Shown here piece by piece: positions 1 through 11,137 of a stretch of 64,000 nt of DNA. The DNA is from Phaeosaccion multiseriatum (Eukaryota; Protista; Ochrophyta, other classes), in assembly GCA_965112735.1 (NCBI GenBank), contig OZ218950.1, positions 620,001 to 684,000 on the forward strand, read 5' to 3'. The notes under the pieces were generated by a model. That model ran no database searches, had not been told where the DNA came from, and saw only the letters and a list, made by a program, of their open reading frames with translations. Every line of letters begins with the position of its first letter. The first letter of the stretch is position 1. Both the position numbers and the translations under genes were made by a program.

Positions 1-388
1 GCCCTTCAAACAATCCTCCTTGCACCTCCTTCGCGTTTCTTGAAAAGAATATACGCCCACCCCCGTGGACAAGAAGGCTCTTACAGCCCTTCCTTCACTG
101 TCTGTCGTGGTCAAGAGAAGAGAGAGAAGTCGAATGCTTATGTGCCAACTTGAAGGCCTCCAAGCCCGCGCATCGACTGAAGACAAAGGAGGATAGATCC
201 CCTTAGGCCCAGCCCAAGCGGTCTTGGAAAAGAAGAGGACAGAAGGTTGTAAAAGAGAATATTCAAGACCGGGATGTGAGGGGAATACACTTCTTAGGGA
301 GGAGAGGGAGAGAAAGAAGGATGTGTGAAGGCCGGGGCCCAGGAACATGCGATCTAGTTTCAGTTTCAGCTTAGTGGATCTGGACGAG
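1..388 (-). other. 5' flank of a further zinc-finger gene copy lying upstream of the window
   Basis: Nearly identical to 22745-23132, the 5' flank of copy 4, including its diagnostic variant positions. Confidence 0.9.
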
Positions 389-391
389 CAG

Positions 392-557
392 TCGGCTCCA
401 GGCGAGGTTTCTCGGCCCCCCGATAAAGCAGAAGCCTGCGGCGGCCTGCGGCCGAAAGTAAGAAGCCTGCGGCTGGCCTGCGGCCAGAAGCCTGCAAAAA
501 GTAGCGAGAAGCCTGCCAAGTCCCCCATTTTTCTCCCAGCCTGAGAAGCCTGAAGCC
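392..557. mobile_element. Probable truncated left end of a TCG-terminus MITE with internal AGAAGCCTG repeats
   Basis: Not part of the unit. Starts tcggctccaggcgagg, resembling the TIR tcggccctggaagagg at 564. Contains repeated agaagcctg. About 2.2 kb of the unit is missing across it, and no right TIR is seen. Confidence 0.5.
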
Positions 558-563
558 TCTTCC

Positions 564-850
564 TCGGCCCTGGAAGAGGTTACAGTGTGCCCCAGTCATA
601 ATCAGTAATCAGGCCGGCTGGCGCCAATAATCAGTAATCAGGCCGGCTAGCGCCCGTCATAATCAGTAATCAGGCCGGCTGGCGCCGGTCATAATCAGTA
701 ATCAGACCCGGCTGGCGCCGGCCATAATCAGTAATCAGGCCCGGCTGGCGCCATAATCAGTAATCAGGCCGGCTGGCGCCGGCAGTAATCAGTAATCAGG
801 CCGGCTGCGCCGGCCGTAATCAGTAATCTGATAACCTCTTCCAGGGCCGA
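564..850. mobile_element. MITE type 1 (19-bp TIR, 6-bp TSD TCTTCC, internal ~32-bp tandem repeats)
   Basis: tcggccctggaagaggtta (564-582) and taacctcttccagggccga (832-850) are perfect inverted repeats. tcttcc flanks both sides. The empty site gcctcttcccctcc is seen at ~6483. Internal repeats are of the form taatcagtaatcaggccggctggcgcc. Confidence 0.9.
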
Positions 851-1094
851 TCTTCCCCTCCTTCTACGGCTGCTGCTGCTGCTACTACCCCATTCGCCAC
901 CGACGCAGACGTGGATGTCCGCTTGGCTTCCAAGGCTGCCGCCTTCAAACCCCCTCCTCCTTTCTTGCTGGGCTGTTTCTGACTGCGGTAGATGGCAGCA
1001 GATGTGCGCACGAGCACCTCGAGCCATTGGTGCTCCAAGAGGTGGGCTTCAGAGAACTCCGCGAGGGTCTGAATGGCTTGGGCAGCCTCGCCGT
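851..1094 (-). pseudogene. Isolated fragment of gene B exon C
   Basis: Matches ~6486-6730 (QTLAEFSEAHLLEHQWLEVLVRTSAAIYRSQKQ). The splice acceptor is mutated and neighbouring exons are deleted. Confidence 0.85.
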
Positions 1095-1140
1095 ATGGAG
1101 GGACGGAGGGATGGAGGGGGGAGGAGGAGGAGGAGGAGGG

Positions 1141-2077
1141 GGGAAATGTTGGAAGTGGCGGATTGCTATTGGGGATGTTGGAAGGCCTCAGATTAGATGG
1201 TCCGTAAGTCAATGGCCCAGGCCCAGGCAGATACGGTGAGAACGGGTGGCGTAGCTCTCACTATCCAATGTGCGTAGGTGGTCGTTTAGGACGAGCATGC
1301 GATAAGCTGTTAGAGGCAAGGCTGGCTGCTAGGCTGGCTTTGGGGTTGCTGTTACCTTGTCCGTGTGTCTAGTTCCATCCTATCTGTAGGCGACAGCGCA
1401 TGTCGTTTTACACGACGGGGAGGTCGGGGTAGGGCGGGAGCCGGAGCTGGCGCGGATAGTGAAGATGAGGTGGCGTAAGGCCAGCCACAGGGCAGCCACT
1501 CCGGCGCGAGTACTGTGTACGTTGGGCTGTACGGGAGGGCGGCAGTTATCAGACGTGGGAGTGGCTGGGACGATTGGCTCTTGCGGCGCGGAGAGAGGGC
1601 GGCAATAGAGGCATTCGAGGACTCTTTGGCGCCAGGGGCGTTGGACCCGGGAGTACAGCGCAAGCGTGGGCAGCGGTCTAAGCGAGAGCGCACCGTGCGC
1701 GCCATGTTGCACGAGAAGTGGGGGATGGGCATCGCTGCGGAGACGGCGCAACATTTGGGGTTCTAGACCGTGAGGTGGTGGTCGAGGAGGGGGGATAGGT
1801 ATAGGGGATGTTGGAAGGTCACGGGATAGGCATTGGTGGGGATGTTGGAAGGTCACGGGATAGGCATTGGGGATGTTGGAAGGCCTCAGATGAGATGGGC
1901 CGTAAGTCAATGGTCGGTGTGTCCTATATTACGTTGATTCTGAGTGGCAACCAACGGGCCGCTCAGTGTAGGTAAACTTGGTAAGGAGAGCCTAGCTGCA
2001 GGGCTTGCAAACGGCTTCCATCCCGGCTAATATACCGAGTGTTACCACTTGTCGACTCAAGTCGCTTTTACGAAAAG
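1141..2077 (+). mobile_element. Degenerate retroelement 3' fragment with a frameshifted chromodomain, inserted between (GGA)n tracts
   Basis: Absent from other units. Frame from 1508 reads EYCVRWAVREGGSYQTWEWLGRL. ELARIVKMRW precedes it and AAIEAFE follows it in adjacent frames. A 48-bp direct repeat occurs at 1168-1215 and 1866-1913. Confidence 0.45.
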
Positions 2078-2570
2078 AAGGAGGAGGAGGAGGAGGAGGA
2101 GGAGGAGGAGGAGGAGGAGGAGGAGGAGGGGGGGGAAGAGGAGCAGTAGGAGGAAGGAACCGGAGGAGCGATGCGCAACAGCGTGTCTATGGATGATTCA
2201 GGGATTAGTAGCAGCTCCTCGCACTCTCAGGAGGATGCTGGTGCCGGGCCCGTGCTGGGCGGTGCTGACTCGGAGTGAGCCCCTACCTCGCGCGAACGAA
2301 ATCTTGAGCCCTCATTTACACTCTTGTTTGTAAAGAAACTCACCACTGCACGTAGAAATACATCAAAATTCACACACAGCACGTTCATAAGCCCCCAAGT
2401 CACAGTTACTCGGCCCCTTCCACAGCAGTGAAGCGATGTGGGTGGCGACTGTTTTCATCAAGGTCCATCACGTGTATTGACTTACTCTACTCTTCACACC
2501 CACTGTACGAAACAAGCCTCAAGCTTCACCACGGCGAAGGCGATACGGCGGACGGAAGGCCATCGGGTCA

Positions 2571-3859
2571 CTAAATCTCAAGTCCCGAGGTATCAGCAGC
2601 AGGGCCCTCCACACGCACGCATGCTCGCAGCGCCTTCCGTCCGCGTATCTTCTTCTCACTCGCCGTCACCATGCTCTCCTCCAGCACCGCCCACTCCTCC
2701 TTCAGCTTGTCGTCATCATCATCCTCCCCTACTTCTCCTGAGCGATAGCGGTGGTAGGCAGACACAAAGCCTCTGATCGTGCTCTCCAGGCTCGCCCCTT
2801 CCTCTTTGTGCGCACAGCGAGGTGGGGCAGCAGCAACACTTTACTCCGGCTCACAGCCACCACCACGCCATTGGAAAGCTCCCTGTCCCGACGGCCGCAG
2901 AAGGCCGTGGCAGCATCAGCCCCGCTATCTTCCAGCCCTCTCCACAGGCCACAGGGCAGCTGAATCTCATCCCCGACATGAAGCCCCAGCCCCGCAAGCA
3001 AACCCACCCCATTCCCATCCTCCAGTGCCTCCTTCCTCTCCTCCTCTCCCCCAGGCATTGAAGGGGCGCATTTTGCCCTCTTGCTTCCTCTCCCATTGAT
3101 GTCCTCCGCAGCTCCTCGCTTGGGCACAGGCGTACAACGGGCAATCTCCTCCTTCTGCTCCGCTCCCTCCCTCTTCACTCGTGCATGCCTCAGGCACATC
3201 CCACCTTGCTTCCGCTGCTTATCGCACCCCTCAACAGTACACCTCTTCCGCACAGCTCCATGGGCCTGGCAAAGTCCTCCTTGGACCCGCTGCTTGTCGC
3301 ACCCCTCAACAGTACACCTCTTAACGACAGCTCCATGGCCCTGGCAAAGTCCTCCTTGGATCCGCTGCTTGTCGCACCCCTCAACAGTACACCCCTTCCG
3401 CACAGCCCCGTGGGCCAGGCAAAGTCCTCCCTGTTGCGACTGCTTGTTGCACCCCTCCACACTACACCTCTTCACCACAGCTCCATGGCCCTGGCAAAGT
3501 CCCCCCCGCTTCGGGTGCTTGTCGCACCCCTCAACAGTACACCTCTTCACCACAGCCCCGTGCTCAAGGCAAAGTCCTCCTTGGATCCGTACCTTATCGC
3601 ACCCCTCAACAGTACACCTCTTCCGCACAGCTCCATGGCCCTTGCAAAGTCCTCCCTGTTGCGACTGCTTCTCGCAACCCTCAACAGTACACCCCTTCGG
3701 TACCTTCACAGCCCCGTGGGCCAGGCAAAGTCCTCCCTGTTGCGACTGCTTCTCGCACCCCTCAACCGTACACCTCTTCACCACAGCTCCGTGGGCCTGG
3801 CAAAGTCCTCCCTGTCGCGACTGCTTCTCGCACCCCTCAACAGTACATCTCTTCCGCAT
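2571..3859 (-). CDS. WRKY19-like zinc-finger repeat protein, copy 1 (9 repeats; 1-bp deletion in a C-run near 2797 shifts the C-terminus)
   Basis: Nine KRCTVEGC[DE]KxxxQGGLCxxHG units. First ATG at 3859. ctcgcccctt here versus ctcgccccctt in other copies, which could be a real or a sequencing indel. Confidence 0.85.
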
Positions 3860-4376
3860 TCTCACAACTCCGCGCCCTTCAAACAATCCTCCTTGCACCT
3901 CCTTCGCGTTTCTTCAAAACAATACAAGTGCTCCCCCGTGGACAAGAAGGCTCTTACAGCCCTTCCTTCACTGTCTGTCGTGGTCAAGAGAAGAGAGAGA
4001 AGTCGAATGCTTATGTGCCAAGTTCAAGGCCTCCAACCCGCGCATCGGCTGAAGACAAAGGAGGATAGATCCCCTTGCGTCCAGCCCAAGTCTTGGAGAA
4101 GAGGAGGAGAGAAGGTTGTAAAAGAGGATAATCAAAAGAGGGAAGAGAGGGGAAGATATTTCTTAAGGGATGGGAGGGAGAGAAACAAAAAACAAAATGA
4201 AGGCGCTTTATATTTTTCAATTTCAGCGTATTGGATCCTGGACGAGGAGCCCAGCTCGGAGTCCCACAGAGCTCCCCCCCGCAAACACTCTCCGAGGGGT
4301 TCGGGGCTTTACGAGGCCCAAAGACTGAGGACGATACAACGCTTGCCTTGTGTCAAGAACAAGAGCTTCCTCACAA

Positions 4377-5123
4377 CTACTCTTCCGGCTGCCCATCTGC
4401 TGCTACTGCCGCTGTATCACCAACTGCTGTGTCACCACCACTGGCGAGGGCGGCCTTGTGATCATGGAGGTGTATAACGGCCTTCCCGTCGTCCACGTGT
4501 CCCTTCATCAGGCAAATTACCTCCCCATGCGGCCACGTGTTGCTCAGACCGGCCACCAGCTGGGGCAGGATGGGATGGCAGTGGATGGGGATGACGGGAC
4601 CGGGGGGGGGGGGGGGAAGGGGAATCAAAGGGGGGCGGGGGGGGAGGGGCGAAGGAGAGAGAGGATGAGTGCTTTCACTTCGAGGTGGAAGAGAAGGACA
4701 TGGAGGGAGAGAGAGAGAGAGTTATCCCTCCATCATACAACTGCCGACGGCTTAGCGCTAAGCAGGTGGTGATACATAGCATATGTATAGTAGTTGGTGA
4801 TACATTACATGCGCTAACATGAGTCTACCCAGGCTTAAAGAAAGACTACATACCTCGCCAAGGAAGGAGCGCAACGCGGCCCCGCACGTACTTCCCGCGG
4901 GCCATCCACTGCCATCCCCCTCCCCCTTCTCCCCCTCCTCTTCCTCCTCCTGCTCCTCCTCCTCCTCCTCCTCCTCCTCCTCCTCCTCCTCCTCCTCCTC
5001 CTCCCCCGCCCCTGTGTCCACGCTCTCGGTGACCATGGTCTGTCCCCCCGCAGCAACGCTGTCGGCCACACGCGCGAGGGCTTCCCAGAAGTCGAACAGC
5101 GTCAGGACTCCGTTCTGGGGTGG

Positions 5124-5173
<50 letters not shown>

Positions 5174-7533
5174 AGACGACGCATGCCCCATGATTTGCAT
5201 GACATGCATAGATTCATTTAGGTTAGGGGTACAGCAGCAAGAATACTCATGAGGGGAGAAGTAAGGTTCCTCCCTCCCTCCCTCCCTCCCTCCCTCTCTC
5301 CCTCCCTCCCTCCCTCTCTCCCTCTCTCCCTCCCTCCCTCCCTCCCCTCCCTCCCCTCTCCTCCCCTCCCCTCCATCCCTCCCTCCCTCCCTCTCCCTCT
5401 CTCTCTCTCACCTCGTCTCTATCCCTAAGCTCGTCCACCACATAGAGCCTGCTTGCGAGGAAGCACTCCTTGGCCACACTCGGGTCCAAGCGGTCGGGGC
5501 CGATGCCTGCGTGGGCGAGTAAGCTGTGCAGCAGGTGGTGATACAGCAGTCACAGAACACGCACGAGACCAACGTTCAGCATACCATTCGATCCAATCAT
5601 TTCGAAGCAGGGCGAAGCAAGCAAGTGGGCAGGGCAGAGTAGCGATGAGCGGCAGGGGGGATTCAGAGCGGCTCTTTCACAGCTTTCAGAGCACATTCAC
5701 AGTGTCAGAGCCTCAGACTGCTCGACCGAAATGGTCTTGACACAAGCGGTCGCCTAAGGGTTTGAGTTTGAGTGTAAAGGAGGGAAGCGAAGCGGACACT
5801 GACACTGGCCGCTGGACATGACATGAGCACTGACACTGGCAGGCAACTGCCCCGGCCATTCCACGTTCCACTGGCACTGGGCCCTGGCACTGGCCAAGGC
5901 ACTGACACTGGACACTGACCTGCCCCAGTCCGTGAGTGAGAAGCGCTGCAGCACCTTTTTCACCACGCCGCGCCGCCGCCGGTCCATCTTCAGAGATAAA
6001 TTGTTGATAGGGTACACCTGTTGGTGATTCGCCATTCGGTTAGTCATTTGTTGGTTGGCTGGTTGGTCCTTCGGTTGGTGATTCGGATGGTCGCTTGTTT
6101 GTCTTTCGGGGTAAGCAAGTCGGCCTTGTACGGAGGACGCCACAGGATACACACACACACCCATTGACTCACTACCCACCCACCTACTGACTTGCTACAT
6201 ACCTTCCAGAGCGCCTCGACGAGTCCTCCGTGCTCTCTCATCACCTTGTCCTCCCCCCGTGTGTATAGCCTCGCCTCTCGGTAGGCGTCATGGTCGGCCT
6301 TTGCGCTGACGGGAAGGCGCTCCTCCATGCAACACAGCAGAGCTCGCAGGCCCTGCAGAAGGCTGCTTTGGCTCTGACTCTGGCTTGAGGGAGGGAGGCT
6401 GGAGCTGCTGCAGTTGCTGTTGTTGTTGTTGTTGGAGGTTACGATTCCTCCCTCTCCTCCTCCTCCTCCTCCTCCTCCCACTGCCTCTTCCCCTCCTTCT
6501 ACGGCTGCTGCTGCTGCTACTACCCCATTCGCCACCGACGCAGACGTGGATGTCCGGTTGGCTTTCAAGGCTGCCGCCTTCAAACCCCCTCCTCCTTTCT
6601 TGCTGGGCTGTTTCTGACTGCGGTAGATGGCAGCCGATGTGCGCACGAGCACCTCGAGCCATTGGTGCTCCAAGAGGTGGGCTTCAGAGAACTCCGCGAG
6701 GGTCTGAATGTCTTGGGTAGCCTCGCCGTCCTGGAGGGAGGGAAGGATGGAGGGGGGAGGAGGAGGAGGAGGAGGAGGAGGAGGAAGAGGAATGCGCGTG
6801 TAGAAGTGAGAGATTGGCGTTCGTGCGTGCGTGCGTGCGTGCGTGCGTGCGTGGGTCCTGACCTTGTTCATGACTGCGATGAAGACTCTCTCGAGCTCAT
6901 TGGCAAGCTGCTTGGGGGCCTCGGGACACACACACTGCGTGAACAGCAGGAACTGGGGGGGGTATGGCAGTGGATGGGGAGGAGGAGCAGCAGGAGGAGG
7001 AGCAGCAGTTGGTTATAGAGTTCCTTCCTTCCTTCCTTCCTTCCTTCCTTCCTTCCTTCCTTCCTTCCTTCCTTCCTTCCTTCCTTCCTTCCTTCCTTCC
7101 TTCCTTCCTTCTGTCACCTGCTCCCGACCATTTGATGTGCTCCCATCCACTGCCATCCCTCCCCCTGTCCACCCCTCTCCCTCCCTCCCCTCCCTCCCTC
7201 CCCTCCCTCCCCACCCTTCCTTCTCCCTCACCTGCTCGCGACTCAATTGACATGCTCCGGACACCGGCTCGCCCGTAGTGCCCCCTAAGCTCACAAAGTG
7301 ATCAAAGGTACTTAATATCATCTTGAACGAAGCCCTCAGCACCCCCTCCACCTCCATGGACTCCTCCTCCACGGTTGCCTCTCCACTCGAGACGCGCTTG
7401 TTGCCCGACGCCACGAACCTCCACCACCGATCGTGCATCAACACCCGGGACCAGGTCACTGTGAAACGGTGGGCCATGACCCCGTCGGCTCGGTTATACA
7501 CGTCACCCGCGCCTCTCTTGCACCCTCCTCCTC

Positions 7534-7579
<46 letters not shown>

Positions 7580-7919
7580 GTGTGCTGTTGTATCGCCAAC
7601 TGCAGCATCACTAGGTGCCCCTCTGGAGGTGATGCTGTTGCTGGAGGAGTTCTGAGCCGTGGCCTTGCGTTCCAAACCCTTCCCAGGGGGCCCTCTTACG
7701 CCGCCGTTTGTGACACTAGGACCACTGCAAGTAGTGGTCACGTTGTTGTTCGTGCTCGTGTTGGTGATACTCCCACGCCGCAGCAGACCCCCTGTGCCAT
7801 CACTACCCGCCCCTGCTCGTCCGTACATGAGGCCATCCAAGGCCAGCTCCCATGGTCTGTTTGGGTCTCCTCCTCCTGCGATACCCAAGCCGCCCCCCCC
7901 CACTGCTTCGAGACCGCTC
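4377..7919 (-). CDS. Gene B: 5'-truncated 7-exon gene, unknown protein (exons 7919-7232, 6952-6863, 6730-6203, 6017-5920, 5523-5412, 5114-4854, 4559-4377)
   Basis: All six introns are GT-AG and phase-compatible, giving one continuous reading (e.g. ALWK|VYPINN, DWGS|LLAHAG, RDE|NGVLTLFDFWEALARVAD, FLGE|LVAGL...QPEE*). Branch point tgactaac before exon D. The first exon starts at an acceptor with no upstream exon in the unit. Confidence 0.8.
7021..7110. repeat. (CCTT)n intronic microsatellite, representative of the (CA)n, (CCCT)n, (GCGT)n and (GGA)n tracts in gene B introns
   Basis: Seen directly. Tract lengths vary between units. Confidence 0.95.
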
Positions 7920-8067
7920 CTGGGAGGGGGGTGAACTTCAATCGGCCGTCTCTCTTCCCAGGGGGGCACGACAAAGCCGACGAAGGGGCAGGGAGGGGGG
8001 CGTGGCGCTCCCTCCCCACTCTCTCTACTGTCTCTCTTGTTGTGATGAGAGGAAGTCAGAGTGATAG

Positions 8068-8223
8068 AAGGAGCGCAGCGCGGCCCCTTACGTACTTCCC
8101 GCGGGCCATCCGCTGCCATCTCCCTCCCCCTCCTCCTCCCCCTCCTCCCCCGCCCCTGTGTCCATGGTCTATCCCCCCTCAGCAACGCCCACACGGGCGA
8201 GGGATTCGAATGAGCAACAGCGT
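8068..8223 (-). pseudogene. Degenerate intra-unit duplicate of gene B exon F
   Basis: Aligns to ~4863-5102 (gaaggagcgcagcgcggcccc...cccgcccctgtgtcca...cagcaacgc...aacagcgt) with deletions. Present in full-length units. Confidence 0.75.
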
Positions 8224-8612
8224 GTCTATGGATGATTCAGGGATTAGTGGCAGCTCCTCTCACTCTCAGGAGGATGCTGGTGCCGGGCCCGTGCTGGGCG
8301 GTGCTGACTCGGAGTGAGCCCCTACCTCGCGCGAACGAAATCTTGAGCCCTCATTTACACTCTTGTTTGTAAATAAACTCACCACTGCACGTAGAAATAC
8401 ATCACAATTCACACACACCACGTTCATAAGCCCCCAAGTCATAGTTACTCGGCCCCTTCCACAGCAGTGAAGCGATGTGGGTGGGGACTGTTTTCATCAA
8501 GGTCCATCACGTGTATTGACTTACTCCACTCTTCACACCCACTGTACGAACCAAGCCTCAAGCTTCACCACGGCGAAGAAAACGGTGAGGCGGACGGAAG
8601 GCCATCGGGTCA

Positions 8613-9608
8613 CTAAATCCCAAGTCCCGAGGTATCAGCAGCAGGGCCCTCCACACGCACGCACGCTCGCAGCGCCTTCCGTCCGCGCCTCTTCTTCTCA
8701 CTCGCCGTCACCATGCTCTCCTCCAGCACCGCCCACTCCTCCTTCAGCTTGTCGTCATCATCATCCTCCCCTACTTCTCCTGAGCGATAGCGGTGGTAGG
8801 CAGACACAAAGCCTCGGATCGTGCTCTCCAGGCTCGCCCCCTTCCTCTTTGTGCGCACAGCGAGGTGGGGCAGCAGCAACACTTTACTCCGGCCCACAGC
8901 CACCACCACGCCATTCGATAGCTCCCTGCCCCGACGACCGCAGAAGGCCGTGGCAGCATCAGCCCCGCCATCTTCCGGCCCTCTCCACAGGCCACACGGC
9001 AGTTGAATCTCGTCCCCGGCATGAAGCCCCAGCCCCGCAAGCAAACCCACCCCATTTCCATCCTCCAGTGCCTCCTTCCTCTCCTCCCCTCCCCCAGGCA
9101 TTGAAGGGGCGCATTTTGCCCTCTTGCTTCCTCTCCCATTGACGTCCTCCGGAGCTCCTCGCTTGGGCACAGGCGTACGACGAGCAATCTCCTCCTTCTG
9201 CTCCGCTCCCTCCCTCTTCACTCGTGCATGCCTCTGGCACATCCCCCCTTGCTTCCGATGCTTCTCGCACCCCTCAACAGTACACCTCTTCCGTACCACC
9301 ACCGCTCCGTGAGCCACGCAAAGTCCTCCTTGGATCCGCTGCTTCTTGCAACCCTCAACAGTACACCTCTTGGTCACAGCCCCATGCCCTTTGCAAAGTC
9401 CTCCGCGTTGCGACTCCTTCTCGCACCCCTCAACAGTACACCTCTTCCGTACCACCACAGCCCCGTGGCCCTTGCAAAGCCCTTCTCGGACCCGTTGCTT
9501 GTCGCACCCCTCAACAGTACACCTCTTCACCACAGCTCCATGGGCCTGGCAAAGTCCCCCCTGCTTCGGGCGCTTGTCGCAACCCTCAACAGTACATCTC
9601 TTCCGCAT
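8613..9608 (-). CDS. WRKY19-like zinc-finger repeat protein, copy 2 (5 repeats, intact)
   Basis: Open ORF with variable windows RPK, QRV, ESQ, QRI, HRK and the full C-terminal domain. Confidence 0.88.
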   Translation of the reverse strand: MRKRCTVEGCDKRPKQGGLCQAHGAVVKRCTVEGCDKQRVREGLCKGHGAVVVRKRCTVEGCEKESQRGGLCKGHGAVTKRCTVEGCKKQRIQGGLCVAHGAVVVRKRCTVEGCEKHRKQGGMCQRHARVKREGAEQKEEIARRTPVPKRGAPEDVNGRGSKRAKCAPSMPGGGEERKEALEDGNGVGLLAGLGLHAGDEIQLPCGLWRGPEDGGADAATAFCGRRGRELSNGVVVAVGRSKVLLLPHLAVRTKRKGASLESTIRGFVSAYHRYRSGEVGEDDDDDKLKEEWAVLEESMVTASEKKRRGRKALRACVRVEGPAADTSGLGI

Positions 9609-10123
9609 TCTCACAACTCCCCGCCCTTCAAACAATCCTCCTTGCACCTCCTTCGCGTTTCTTCAAAAGAATACAAGTGCTCCCCCGTGGACAAGAAGGC
9701 TCTTACAGTCCTTCCTTCACTGTCTGTCGTGGTGAAGAGGAGAAGAATGCTTATGTGCCAAGTTGAAGGCCTCCAAGCCCGCGCATCGGCTAAGACAAAG
9801 GAGGATAGATCCCCTTGCGTCCAGCCCAAGTCTTGGAGAAGAGGAGGAGAGAAGGTTGTAAAAGAGGATAATCAAAAGAGGGAAGAGAGGGGAAGATATT
9901 TCTTAAGGGATGGGAGGGAGAGAAAGAAGGATGTGTGAAGGCCGGGGCCCAGGAACATCTAGTTTCAGTTTCAGCTTAGTGGCTCTGGACGAGGAGCCCA
10001 GCTCGGAGTCCCACAGAGCTCCCCCCAGCAAACACTCTCCGAGGGGTTCGGGGCTTTACGAGGCCCAAAGACTGAGGACGATACAACGCTTGCCTTGTGT
10101 CAAGAACAAGAGCTTCCTCACAA

Positions 10124-10306
10124 CTACTCTTCCGGCTGCCCATCTGCTGCTACTGCCGCTGTATCACCAACTGCTGTGTCACCACCACTGGCGAGGGCGG
10201 CCTTGTGATCATGGAGGTGTATAACGGCCTTCCCGTCGTCCACGTGTCCCTTCATCAGGCAAATTACCTCCCCGTGCGGCCACGTGTTGCTCAGACCGGC
10301 CACCAG
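10124..10306 (-). pseudogene. Gene B terminal exon only (short 2.5-kb unit)
   Basis: LVAGLSNTWPHGEV...QPEE*. Upstream, the unit jumps at ~10600-10700 from exon F into its degenerate duplicate. Confidence 0.8.
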
Positions 10307-11137
10307 CTGGGGCAGGATGGGATGGCAGTGGATGGGGATGGAGGGGGGGGGGGGGGGGCAAATGGGAAAAAAAGGGGGCGGGGGGGGGGGGGCGAAGGAG
10401 AGAGAGGATGAGTGCTTACACTTCGAGGTGGAAGAGAAGGACATGGAGGGAGAGAGAGATAGAGTTATCCCTCCATCATACAACTGCCGACGGCTTAGCG
10501 CTAAGCAGGTGGTGATACATAGCATATGCATAGTAGATGGAGATACATTACATGCGCTAACATGAGTGTGCCTAGGCTACAGAATGATTACATACCTCTC
10601 GCAGGAAGGAGCGCAGCGCGGCCCCGCACGTACTTCCCTCGGACCATCCACTGCCATCCCCCCCCCCCCCTCCTCCCCCGCCCCTGTGTCCATGGTCTAT
10701 CCCCCCTCAGCAACGCCCACACGGGCGAGGGATTCGAATGAACAACAGCGTGTCTATGGATGATTCAGGGATTAGTAGCAGCTCCTCGCACTCTCAGGAG
10801 GATGCTGGTGCCGGGCCCGTGATGGGCGGTGCTGACTCGGAGTGAGCCCCTACCTCGCGCGAACGAAATCTTGAGCCCTCATTTACACTCTTGTTTGTAA
10901 AGAAGCTCACCACTGCACATAGAAATACATCACAATTCACACACAGCACGTTCATAAGCCTCCAAGTCACAGTTACTCGGCCCCTTCCACAGCAGTGAAG
11001 CGATGTGGGTGGCGACTGTTTTCATCAAGGTCCATCACGTGTATTGACTCACTCCACTCTTCACACCCATTGCACACACCAAGCCTCAAGCTTCACCACG
11101 GCGAAGGCGATACGGCGGACGGAAGGCCATCGGGTCA

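Noticed and set aside
596-830. aatcagt repeats as telomeric or subtelomeric repeats
   Set aside because: They are enclosed by TIRs and a TSD, so they are internal to a MITE.
1515-1766. GIY-YIG/Penelope endonuclease suggested by VYVG
   Set aside because: There is no upstream GIY motif, a stop lies at 1476, and the neighbouring frame fits a chromodomain better.
3190-3860. CRISPR-like look of conserved repeats with short variable segments
   Set aside because: This is a coding minisatellite in a eukaryotic context. The variable parts are only about 9-12 nt and recur, and there are no cas genes.
3860-3898. ORF-track start MQGGLFEG for the finger genes
   Set aside because: It is a GTG start in most copies, unlikely in a eukaryote. 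The first shared ATG, 39 nt downstream, was used instead.
3081-4477. Long plus-strand ORFs over the finger repeats (e.g. 3081-4052, 3185-4477, 11753-12793)
   Set aside because: Antisense shadows of a stop-free 75-bp repeat. Only the minus frame gives a recognisable C/H motif.
4758-7278. Numerous poly-R/G/S, PSFL and CVCV ORFs
   Set aside because: These are translations of microsatellites in introns or in wrong frames.
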